Source: a virus
Reading direction: 5' to 3' (one strand)
UHGV virus genome: UHGV-0321984
DNA length: 39,521 nt
This document shows, piece by piece, positions 1 through 7,052 of this stretch (positions within the stretch are counted from its first letter, which is position 1; the number at the start of each line of letters is the position of its first letter). Below the pieces are notes generated by a model. That model was not told where the DNA came from and did not search any database. It worked only from the letters and a program-made list of their open reading frames with translations. The translations under genes and the position numbers were made by a program.

Positions 1-640
1 CCTCAACTTCTTTCAGAAATTCCTTAGAGATGAATGGATTATCTCGATAGGTCGAGTGATGAATAAAAGTATTGTCCGGTTGAAAAGAAGTCTCATATTT
101 TTTATTTACCCAAGATTGTTTTCTCTTAGGTGGGTTGTAGCTGTAAAAAAACTTATAAAAAAGACCATCATCTAACTCTCCACGTAAAAGGGAGTTCGTG
201 ATAGTCGTGACTTCATCTTCTGTTTTAAATTCTGCTAATTCTTCAATCCAACCTATAGCAAATGGGAACTTGCTATCTTTTAAAGACTTGATTCGTTCTG
301 GGTTTTGAGCACCGCGAAATATCATATAATTTCCTCTTGGAAGATAGGTAATTTTAAGTGGTGACTTATTAAACTTAAATAGGCGCGATACTCCCTGCTT
401 CTCAATTGCCCATTTCATTTGCTCGTAAATAGATTGCTCAAGTGTATTATCAACATAACGTATACCTACAGCATTCACAGCGTAACGCATAAGTAACTGA
501 GTAATGATATGCGCTATATCTGATGATTTTCCTGACCCCCGGCCACCTTTACAAACTATATTAAGAATGTCTTGATTTAAAGTCGCTCTCCATACTGAAT
601 GAAACTTCGGCGGAAGAAATTCAGATAGTTTTTTAGCCAT
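1..640 (-). CDS. terL: Terminase large subunit, N-terminal ATPase part (start ATG at 640). The ORF runs off the window start and continues in frame at 39521.
   Basis: Minus-strand translation from 640 gives MAKKLSEFLPPKFHSVWRATLNQDILNIVCKGGRGSGKSSDIAHIITQLLMRY... (Walker A GRGSGKS) ...HSTYRDNPFISKEFLKEVE, with no stop before position 1. The start overlaps the terS stop. Confidence 0.8.
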   Translation of the reverse strand, partial: MAKKLSEFLPPKFHSVWRATLNQDILNIVCKGGRGSGKSSDIAHIITQLLMRYAVNAVGIRYVDNTLEQSIYEQMKWAIEKQGVSRLFKFNKSPLKITYLPRGNYMIFRGAQNPERIKSLKDSKFPFAIGWIEELAEFKTEDEVTTITNSLLRGELDDGLFYKFFYSYNPPKRKQSWVNKKYETSFQPDNTFIHHSTYRDNPFISKEFLKEVE

Positions 641-1088
641 CATCATCACTACTTATATCATCAATGAAAGTAGGTATTTCAGAAATTTCAACTTTCTGCT
701 TATCTACAAATGCTGCGTTTATTTTATAATAATGCTCAAGTGCTTGGTTACGTTCTTTGAAACCTGCTGAATATTCACTCACTTCACGTTCTATGATTTC
801 GTTTGTATAAGGATCTCTCTTAACAACTTCAAAGCGTTGTGGTTCTCCTTTTGCAATAGAAGCAGTAATAGCCAAAGCTTCTTCCATTGTTAAATGCCTC
901 TTAGTTTGAACTTCTTTTAGCTTCTCTTGAATGTAGTCGGATACTTTTCCACCTTTTTCCACCAATTTTTCTTGTGCGTTCTTAGCGTAGTTTTCTTTAT
1001 AGCCAGCTTTCAGCGCTGACTGATAAGCATTGCCCGTGATGATGTACTCATCAGCAAAGGCTTGTTGCTTAGGATTCAACTTACTCAT
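633..1088 (-). CDS. terS: Terminase small subunit
   Basis: 151 aa, MSKLNPKQQAFADEYIITGNAYQSALKAGY...; an HTH-like N-terminus typical of phage TerS. It sits immediately upstream of terL with a stop/start overlap. RBS AAAGGTGGTGA. Confidence 0.7.
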   Translation of the reverse strand: MSKLNPKQQAFADEYIITGNAYQSALKAGYKENYAKNAQEKLVEKGGKVSDYIQEKLKEVQTKRHLTMEEALAITASIAKGEPQRFEVVKRDPYTNEIIEREVSEYSAGFKERNQALEHYYKINAAFVDKQKVEISEIPTFIDDISSDDDG

Positions 1089-1106
1089 TTTCCATCACCA
1101 CCTTTG

Positions 1107-1337
1107 TTATATGTTAATGATATTTTTTATATTTGTCTGTATGTTCTGCTCACTAAAACATCCATGGCCACAGTAACGAAGATTGTACTTATCAATCTCT
1201 TTCGGTGTAGCTTCTCTGGTCATTTCAATGATGGAGTATTTCTTTTTAATCTGGACTGACTGAACCACTCTGATTGGATCATCTGTGTTGGGTTGTGGAT
1301 ACCTATTCGTTAGTGATACATACCAGTAGTTTCTCAT
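1107..1337 (-). CDS. Hypothetical protein (76 aa)
   Basis: ORF in the track. Its ATG overlaps the stop of the upstream small ORF (TAATG). No recognisable domain. Confidence 0.35.
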   Translation of the reverse strand: MRNYWYVSLTNRYPQPNTDDPIRVVQSVQIKKKYSIIEMTREATPKEIDKYNLRYCGHGCFSEQNIQTNIKNIINI

Positions 1338-1510
1338 TAGCCATTCTTCTCTTCAATAGCATTTAGATCATTGTAAATAGCCTTTGCTGTCTCTAATCCG
1401 ACCCGCAGTCTTCGTTGAATGACTCCAACAGTTAGCTCCATACCAACTTCTTCATATTCCTTCTTTAGTTGCTTCATTTCCTCGAAATCTTTAGTAGTAT
1501 ATTGTTTCAT
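1337..1510 (-). CDS. Small hypothetical protein (57 aa) with a possible winged-helix-like segment (IQRRLRVG)
   Basis: Not in the track (under 60 aa). Strong RBS AAAGGAGAA 6 nt before ATG 1510. Translation MKQYTTKDFEEMKQLKKEYEEVGMELTVGVIQRRLRVGLETAKAIYNDLNAIEEKNG. Stop overlaps the next start. Confidence 0.45.
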   Translation of the reverse strand: MKQYTTKDFEEMKQLKKEYEEVGMELTVGVIQRRLRVGLETAKAIYNDLNAIEEKNG

Positions 1511-1530
1511 ATAATTATTCTCCTTTTAAA

Positions 1531-1560
1531 TAAAATAAAAAGACCACTCAACGAGTGATC
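1531..1560 (-). terminator. Rho-independent terminator, minus-strand polarity
   Basis: On the minus strand: 8-bp stem GATCACTC-GTT-GAGTGGTC followed by TTTTTATTTTA. Confidence 0.45.
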
Positions 1561-1806
1561 TAATATGTAATAGCAACCTACACGCAGACAAGTCTGATAC
1601 TTCCTGCACCTAACCACTGCCACATCCCTCGGTTGCTAGCGGTTTTACTGACAGGCAGTTATAGATTACCGTAAACCAAAGTCACTGGCAAGGAGACAAA
1701 CCTTGCATGATACCTACCCTAATTTGAACTTACGTTCCGCCCTTAACTGGTTTCTTTTGGAAGTCAAGTGCGTTTACCTATTCCACCACAGTAATCAAAA
1801 AACAAC

Positions 1807-1834
1807 TTGTGAAAACGATTACTTGTTGTATAAT
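1807..1834 (+). promoter_or_regulatory. Sigma-A-like promoter for the plus-strand gene at 1888
   Basis: TTGTGA, 16 nt, TATAAT. Followed by RBS AGGAG and ATG at 1888. Confidence 0.45.
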
Positions 1835-1887
1835 AAATATTATCAACGATAGAGAGCGTTGAAATTAATCCTTAGGAGTGTTTTTAC

Positions 1888-2406
1888 ATGAACAAACATG
1901 AAATACAAGCATTTGAACATGCAGTTTTTACTTTCAATAGACTCGCTAAACGAGCAAACGAAGACTTTATTCCGTTTGAAATTATTTGGGATACAAGATT
2001 TGGCCCCGCAACAGCTACTAACGTTCTATACAAGACCAGCTCTAATCCAATTATAAATGAATATTTCTTCAACAATGAGTATTTCCGTGATGAAGAATCA
2101 AATAAAGCTGCATATATAGATGAGTTATATGCATATGTAGATCATGCTGTATCTCAATACTTCAGCGACCTAGTTAGCGGTGGCTATTCACCTAAATTGA
2201 ATATGGCAGAACGCCCACACGTTCTAATGGATAAGTTACTGGAACTATCTAAATTTGATGAAGCAATTAGTTTAAGAATGCCTAATTACTTAACCACTTG
2301 GGATTTTAAAACCTTAGACGAATCTATTAAATTGCCTTTCATTAATGATGAAACCCTGATATTACGTCCTCTATGTTTAATTAAAGAACAGACAACAACT
2401 TCATAA
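1888..2406 (+). CDS. Hypothetical protein (172 aa). A moron-like, oppositely oriented gene between the late activator and the packaging genes.
   Basis: ORF with RBS AGGAG, its own promoter and its own terminator. No recognisable domain. Confidence 0.55.
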   Translation: MNKHEIQAFEHAVFTFNRLAKRANEDFIPFEIIWDTRFGPATATNVLYKTSSNPIINEYFFNNEYFRDEESNKAAYIDELYAYVDHAVSQYFSDLVSGGYSPKLNMAERPHVLMDKLLELSKFDEAISLRMPNYLTTWDFKTLDESIKLPFINDETLILRPLCLIKEQTTTS

Positions 2407-2553
2407 GAAGAAATGAACTATTTTTGATTTGGTTTATTTGTAGCTGTTGCCTGTTTATTAACAATTTTAAAATAAACAGCGATCGTATAGAGAAAAAATA
2501 TGTGAGTAGTTTTTCCGATTGCTCTCTATTCAAAGAAGAAGTTAGCAACGATA

Positions 2554-2586
2554 AGGGAGGTTTCCTCCCTTACATTTTATTTTGTC
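2554..2586 (+). terminator. Rho-independent terminator
   Basis: AGGGAGG-TTT-CCTCCCT stem followed by TACATTTTATTTTG. Confidence 0.6.
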
Positions 2587-2674
2587 TCAGACCTATCACT
2601 AATCTTTCGACACTACCATAATATCACTGGTAAATAGCTAAAAACCGCCATCATTCCGCCAAAAAACCGCCAAA

Positions 2675-3088
2675 TTATTTATAAGCAATTATTCTTCCGT
2701 GTTTATATGCTTCTGCAAACTCTATTAGAGCTTCCGACTTCATCCGTTGTATACTTCTTTCTGAATAACCCACTTCACGGCTAATTCTGTAGTTTGAGAA
2801 GCTATCTGGCACACAGAAGCTGTAGTAGAGTATCTGACGGCTAATCAGACTAAGAGCCATCAAAGCCGCTAAAATCGCATCTCTCTCCGCTTCTATATCC
2901 ATCATCTGAATGATCGCATCTTCTGCCTTATTGCCGTGTTTCGGTGCCTTCGGCATATCCGTAATAATCGGCGACTTAATATCTATCAAAGAGCGACCTG
3001 CCATCCGCTCCAAACGCCGAAAGTTCTTCAGCACATCTCTCGCATTACATCTTGTCTGTTTGAAATCTACCTCTCGTAACAATTGCAT
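2675..3088 (-). CDS. ArpU-family phage late transcriptional activator
   Basis: About 137 aa with a C-terminal sigma-70 region-4-like segment (ISREVGYSERSIQRMKSEALIEFAEAY). The position just before the packaging module is typical of ArpU/RinA/Alt-type activators. RBS AAAGGAGCGG. Confidence 0.65.
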   Translation of the reverse strand: MQLLREVDFKQTRCNARDVLKNFRRLERMAGRSLIDIKSPIITDMPKAPKHGNKAEDAIIQMMDIEAERDAILAALMALSLISRQILYYSFCVPDSFSNYRISREVGYSERSIQRMKSEALIEFAEAYKHGRIIAYK

Positions 3089-3143
3089 CAAGTCAAACCG
3101 CTCCTTTATGTGATATAATAAATGTGTTGGATTTATTGAATCA

Positions 3144-3170
3144 GTCGGAGCGATCCGGCTTTTTTTATTT
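3144..3170 (+). terminator. Plus-polarity intrinsic terminator hairpin preceded by an extended -10 (3111-3119); possible tiny antisense transcript
   Basis: GTCGGA-GCGA-TCCGGC stem plus TTTTTTTATTT. TGATATAAT lies at 3111-3119. Confidence 0.4.
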
Positions 3171-3176
3171 GCCGAG

Positions 3177-3341
3177 TTACACTTCTCGACTTACATAGCT
3201 CACAACAGCTGCATAGTAATTTGCATAACCTCTCTTAGAGGTTGCTAAAGATATATGCTGAATCTCATTGTTTTTCGCAAAATCGTTTAATTCTTTTTCT
3301 AATTTATAGCGAGTGTCCTCTTCAAAGATTTTAAATTTCAT
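3177..3341 (-). CDS. Small protein (54 aa), Cse60-like
   Basis: Not in the track. RBS GGAGG before ATG 3341. MKFKIFEEDTRYKLEKELNDFAKNNEIQHISLATSKRGYANYYAAVVSYVSREV. The pattern resembles small Cse60/YqaB-like proteins of Firmicute phages. Confidence 0.4.
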   Translation of the reverse strand: MKFKIFEEDTRYKLEKELNDFAKNNEIQHISLATSKRGYANYYAAVVSYVSREV

Positions 3342-3630
3342 TGTTTATAACCTCCATATCCACCAATCTCACCACTGCTAAATTCTCTTTGCTTTTCGCT
3401 AACCGCTTGTCACATTCCATCGTGTTTTCAATGCGAATGATTGCTGAGTGATTATAGAGATGCTCTACATATCCACGAAATGGATAGATGAACCCTTCTG
3501 CTTCGCAGCGAACCATGTCACCGACTTTGAATTTTGGTTTCTTACGTGTTTTAGGGTTCTTTGTCGGCATATCTAGCATTAAACCGCCGATACCATGACT
3601 ACTAGCGTAAAATCCGTCTTTTAGTTTCAT
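3331..3630 (-). CDS. Hypothetical protein (99 aa)
   Basis: ORF; ATGA overlap with the upstream gene. Confidence 0.5.
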   Translation of the reverse strand: MKLKDGFYASSHGIGGLMLDMPTKNPKTRKKPKFKVGDMVRCEAEGFIYPFRGYVEHLYNHSAIIRIENTMECDKRLAKSKENLAVVRLVDMEVINNEI

Positions 3631-3800
3631 TCCGCTTCCTCCTCATTGATCTCTATCTCGACATCTCTGCCTTCTAAAATCTGTTTGGTATCAATACCTT
3701 TTGTGGTCAATGCCAAACCACCATCTTTTCGTTCAGCAACAATACTAATTGCAATTGCCTTTGTTCCGTCTGGTATATGGAGCATTAGATGTCTGCTCAT
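3627..3800 (-). CDS. Hypothetical protein (about 57 aa; the track's longer version is 3627..3866)
   Basis: The ATG at 3800 overlaps the upstream stop (ATGA), which favours the short start. Confidence 0.4.
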   Translation of the reverse strand: MSRHLMLHIPDGTKAIAISIVAERKDGGLALTTKGIDTKQILEGRDVEIEINEEEAE

Positions 3801-4087
3801 CCTTCCGCCACCTCTTTCATTTCCAAATAAATTTGCCACACTTCTTCTGGATTCGAAGACATCCATGAAGAAGCATCAAAATACTCACCAGTCGCAAAAT
3901 ATCCATCTTCGAATGCAATCTCAAAAAATCTGATCATGTTCATAACATTCTGCTTTTCGCTATCAGTGGCGACCCAATACATTGAACGTTCACCGCTATC
4001 TATATGAATCTTTATTAATTCTCTAACCTTAACGAGTTTTCTTTCTAGCAGAAAACCATCGATCAAAGTTTTTATTTTTTTGATCAT
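3797..4087 (-). CDS. Hypothetical protein (about 97 aa; the track's longer version runs to 4165)
   Basis: The ORF's internal ATG at 4087 avoids a 68-nt overlap with the upstream gene. Confidence 0.45.
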   Translation of the reverse strand: MIKKIKTLIDGFLLERKLVKVRELIKIHIDSGERSMYWVATDSEKQNVMNMIRFFEIAFEDGYFATGEYFDASSWMSSNPEEVWQIYLEMKEVAEG

Positions 4088-4097
4088 CCGATTGAAC

Positions 4098-4772
4098 CTA
4101 CACTTTCTCGACTGGCACAGCAAACGGCCAGTAGTTTTCATCTGCTGATTTAATCGTAAGTTCATCTAATTTTGCGACAAAACCTTTTCTAGGTTCTTTT
4201 GTAGGAAATATTCTAGTTTCATCACTTGTGATCTCATAATGTAGATACAAATACTCTGTTTTAAGCTCCGCTGCCTCTTCATCCCAAACTTCATATGGTA
4301 GTCTCACATAATACAACGGTTCTTTCTCGACCTCGTAGCCGTCTTTCATGCGGATGAGGGTTTCGATTGGATTGTTTTCAGCATTATCAAGCCAATTTTC
4401 AAAATCTGTCTCGTGTGGGTATCTTTTACCGTCCAATTCTCTGATTTTCGTAAAAATCGCTAAATCTAATGCATGTTTGTTATCCTCAAACCAATCCGCC
4501 ACAAACTTCGGCATAACGTGTTTCTGCGGTTCACCAGTCTTACCAAATACAGCATTATCTAAAGTGTTTCTCAAGCTTTGTGCCGATTCAGGATAAGCCT
4601 CAGCTACCTTATTCCAAGCTTGTTCGTCTGTAATTTTTGATTCATTTAGTCTTTTCACCAACTTTAAAGATACTTCATAAGCGCCGTACCTTCCTTGACC
4701 ATGCTCATCCATAGCGTTCTCATAACTCTTTACATATTTAGCAAATTCATTAATCAATTCTTGTTTATTCAT
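4098..4772 (-). CDS. Hypothetical phage protein (224 aa)
   Basis: Long ORF, RBS AGGAGG. No confidently recognised domain. Confidence 0.55.
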   Translation of the reverse strand: MNKQELINEFAKYVKSYENAMDEHGQGRYGAYEVSLKLVKRLNESKITDEQAWNKVAEAYPESAQSLRNTLDNAVFGKTGEPQKHVMPKFVADWFEDNKHALDLAIFTKIRELDGKRYPHETDFENWLDNAENNPIETLIRMKDGYEVEKEPLYYVRLPYEVWDEEAAELKTEYLYLHYEITSDETRIFPTKEPRKGFVAKLDELTIKSADENYWPFAVPVEKV

Positions 4773-4782
4773 CGCTGTCCTC

Positions 4783-4917
4783 CTAAAAAATTAACTGCCA
4801 AAGCAATATAATCACTTTCAATGATACAAATCCCACCAGTGCAATAATTACAGATATAAACGCACAGTTTATGAAACAGCCAACTAAGACGCTTGCTTCT
4901 TCTAACCAGTCTTTCAT
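4783..4917 (-). CDS. Small hydrophobic membrane peptide (44 aa)
   Basis: Not in the track. TAATG coupling to the YopX gene and RBS GAGGAA. MKDWLEEASVLVGCFINCAFISVIIALVGFVSLKVIILLWQLIF. Its stop overlaps the RBS of the next gene. Confidence 0.35.
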   Translation of the reverse strand: MKDWLEEASVLVGCFINCAFISVIIALVGFVSLKVIILLWQLIF

Positions 4918-5342
4918 TACTGTTCCTCCAATAACTCGCTATTCTCGTATATATTTCCGATGACTTCGTACATGTATTCTTCAAACAGCTCTGTGTTAAA
5001 AATTCGATACTCTAAATCTTCATCAACAGTGGCACACACTAATCCCGAATGTCCTATTGAATTTTTGACAACACAAACTTTATTATCTAAGTAATCGAAT
5101 CCGTTTTGTACGCTGACTAATACTACATCCCCTTCAAATATTTCTACGCCATTCTTATCTTTCAGCCCTGTGGACTGCATGAGTTCGTACTTGTCAATCA
5201 TTCCCCACATGCCGCTTCCTAAATTTACTAGAGGAGCAATAAAGCCTGTTTCATCATCTATTGTCCAGTCTACGTTTTTGTCATTATGCGGATAGTACAT
5301 TTCATTCTCTTCTGTTGAATAAGCTCTAAACTTCGGTATCAT
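4917..5342 (-). CDS. YopX-family phage protein
   Basis: The N-terminus MIPKFRAY...EIFEGDVVLV matches the KFRAW/IYEGDIV pattern of YopX proteins. Confidence 0.55.
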   Translation of the reverse strand: MIPKFRAYSTEENEMYYPHNDKNVDWTIDDETGFIAPLVNLGSGMWGMIDKYELMQSTGLKDKNGVEIFEGDVVLVSVQNGFDYLDNKVCVVKNSIGHSGLVCATVDEDLEYRIFNTELFEEYMYEVIGNIYENSELLEEQ

Positions 5343-5557
5343 TCGCTATCCTCCTCAGCACAAAACGCACTTCTCATCAATATTGCATCTAGTGCTTCGT
5401 TAACTAACACGCTTGTCCATTCTCGTAACACTTCGTAATCTTCCCAATCGATATCATCTTCTTCGATATTGGCTCTAGCTAGTAATTCATCTACAGTCAA
5501 ATCATTTTTACTTTCATTTATAATTTCTTGTAGTGTTACAATTGATATTTTCTTCAT
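5339..5557 (-). CDS. Hypothetical acidic protein (72 aa)
   Basis: ORF; ATGA overlap. Confidence 0.45.
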   Translation of the reverse strand: MKKISIVTLQEIINESKNDLTVDELLARANIEEDDIDWEDYEVLREWTSVLVNEALDAILMRSAFCAEEDSE

Positions 5558-5847
5558 TATTTCTCCTCCTCAATCTCACATGCCTGTTCAAACTGTCTAG
5601 TGATGTTTTCTAACGCTTTTTTGTACTCGATAATACTTTTTATCGTTCTTTCTTCACTTAACACGTAATCGCGTTGTATCGCCTTTAAACACGATGAGAC
5701 AGTTTGGAAGTATCCGATATCTGCTCGTGATTCTTCTTTTGCTTCGGTGTAGCGAATGTTTCCTTCCTCATCTCGTCTTACCTTCGATAAGACAATATTT
5801 CTAGAATCACTGGTAATTCGATAATCTTCGATTTTCATATCTAACAT
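5557..5847 (-). CDS. Hypothetical protein (96 aa)
   Basis: ORF; overlapping start/stop. Confidence 0.45.
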   Translation of the reverse strand: MLDMKIEDYRITSDSRNIVLSKVRRDEEGNIRYTEAKEESRADIGYFQTVSSCLKAIQRDYVLSEERTIKSIIEYKKALENITRQFEQACEIEEEK

Positions 5848-6146
5848 TATTTCTCCTCCACATACCTAAACTGTCGTCCTTTTGAATCAATCCACAAGCT
5901 CCTAGCTCTATCCCAAATAATGTTTTTGCTCAGACCAGTAATTTCAGATAACTGTTCAGCAGTACCTGTTACTAGAATTCGATCACCATGCCAGATTGCA
6001 ATTTTTCTCGGTGTTCTCCGTTTGGGCTTTTCAGTCCACATTGATTTGCCGAGCTTTTGGACTTCTGCAACTATTTCTTTGTCTTCTTGCCAAGATTCTG
6101 ACTTGGTTAATTCAGCAATTCGTTTCATTGCTGCTTTCTTATCCAC
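5847..6146 (-). CDS. Putative HTH DNA-binding protein, paralogue B (99 aa)
   Basis: MDKKAAMKRIAELT...PRKIAIWHGDRILVTGTAEQLSEITGLSKNIIWDRAR. About 60% identical to the product of 6307..6609. GTG start with RBS GGAGG. Confidence 0.55.
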   Translation of the reverse strand: MDKKAAMKRIAELTKSESWQEDKEIVAEVQKLGKSMWTEKPKRRTPRKIAIWHGDRILVTGTAEQLSEITGLSKNIIWDRARSLWIDSKGRQFRYVEEK

Positions 6147-6148
6147 GT

Positions 6149-6310
6149 TTATTCCTCCAATCTACGAATTTCCCTTCTTAAATTCTCTATGTGCAAATCG
6201 ATTGCCTTTCTCGCCGTTTCATTGACCATCACTGCCTTTGTTCGTTCTAGATCGTCAATTTCACGCTGAATGTTTCGAATACGCATTTGAATCACTTCTT
6301 CTGTTGTCAT
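6149..6310 (-). CDS. Small coiled-coil protein (53 aa) between the two paralogues
   Basis: Not in the track. ATGA overlap with the upstream stop. MTTEEVIQMRIRNIQREIDDLERTKAVMVNETARKAIDLHIENLRREIRRLEE. Confidence 0.4.
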   Translation of the reverse strand: MTTEEVIQMRIRNIQREIDDLERTKAVMVNETARKAIDLHIENLRREIRRLEE

Positions 6311-6609
6311 GACGATCCCTCCACGTATCTAAACGTTCTCTTCTTAACGTCTGTGTATCCACACCTAGCTCTTTTTCTCACGATTTTCTCGTGCAAGCCT
6401 GTGAGACTTGCTAACTGTTCAGCTGTCCCTGTCACTAGAAGTTTGTCACCGTGCCAAATTGCGATTTTTCGTGGTCTTGGCTTGTTGCTCTTGTCTGCCC
6501 ACATCGCTCTTCCAAGCCTCATCACTTCTGAAGCAGCTTCTTTTTCATTTTGCCAATCTTCTGAATAAGTCAATTCGATAATTCGCTGCATTGCCGCTTT
6601 CTTATCCAT
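6307..6609 (-). CDS. Putative HTH DNA-binding protein, paralogue A (100 aa)
   Basis: MDKKAAMQRIIELT...PRKIAIWHGDKLLVTGTAEQLASLTGLHEKIVRKRAR. RBS AAAGGAGAA. Confidence 0.55.
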   Translation of the reverse strand: MDKKAAMQRIIELTYSEDWQNEKEAASEVMRLGRAMWADKSNKPRPRKIAIWHGDKLLVTGTAEQLASLTGLHEKIVRKRARCGYTDVKKRTFRYVEGSS

Positions 6610-6766
6610 CCCGACATTCTCCTTTCAGTAATTTGAGTACTTGATCAAGTGCGCTCTCACGTCCGCCATGAAACGTGTTGAGCCACTTGTCTTCGTACGA
6701 CACACTTTGTCTTAAAGCTTCTTGATGCATTAATTCGATCTGTGCTGTAAATGTCTTTAGGTCCAT
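6602..6766 (-). CDS. Small hypothetical protein (54 aa)
   Basis: Not in the track. MDLKTFTAQIELMHQEALRQSVSYEDKWLNTFHGGRESALDQVLKLLKGECRDG. Its stop overlaps the next start (ATGGATAA). Confidence 0.4.
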   Translation of the reverse strand: MDLKTFTAQIELMHQEALRQSVSYEDKWLNTFHGGRESALDQVLKLLKGECRDG

Positions 6767-6771
6767 CTTGT

Positions 6772-7041
6772 TTACACCTGCTCAAGTTCATTAAGATGTT
6801 TTTGCAAGCCTTTAACACAATCAACAAATAGTAATTTGGTATATGCTAAATTTCTTAATTGTGTTGTATCGATATAGAGTGCGAAATAGTATCTGAGCTT
6901 ACTACAACTCGAACGATCATTCTTAATTCCTTCGATTCCAGCTTCTTCGAGTTGATCATATACGTCTCTCAGGATTTCTATTTCCTCACCAGTTTTATAC
7001 TTCGCTATTTCATTAATTAGTTCTAGATAATCGATTTTCAA
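6772..7041 (-). CDS. Hypothetical protein (89 aa)
   Basis: ORF. Confidence 0.45.
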   Translation of the reverse strand: MKIDYLELINEIAKYKTGEEIEILRDVYDQLEEAGIEGIKNDRSSCSKLRYYFALYIDTTQLRNLAYTKLLFVDCVKGLQKHLNELEQV

Positions 7042-7052
7042 TTTTCCACCTC

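Noticed and set aside
1062-1259. Plus-strand 65-aa ORF from the track
   Set aside because: Lies antisense to terS and to the 1107..1337 gene. No RBS. Hydrophobic low-complexity translation typical of antisense frames.
2424-2621. Plus-strand 65-aa ORF
   Set aside because: Runs straight through the intrinsic terminator hairpin at 2554-2586. No RBS. Intergenic.
2600-2674. Direct repeat AAAAACCGCCA x2 downstream of arpU
   Set aside because: Short and non-palindromic, with no associated hairpin or binding-site context. It could be chance or a degenerate terminator remnant, and there is not enough evidence for a feature call.
2910-3113. Plus-strand 67-aa ORF
   Set aside because: Antisense to the ArpU gene. 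No translation signals.
4769-4984. 71-aa minus ORF from the track overlapping the YopX gene
   Set aside because: Overlaps the upstream CDS by 68 nt and has no RBS. A 44-aa ORF in another frame (4783..4917) has TAATG coupling and RBS GAGGAA and is the better candidate.
5920-6568. Three plus-strand ORFs (5920..6225, 5996..6181, 6287..6568)
   Set aside because: All are antisense shadows of the duplicated paralogue genes. Their similarity to each other just mirrors the duplication. No RBSs.
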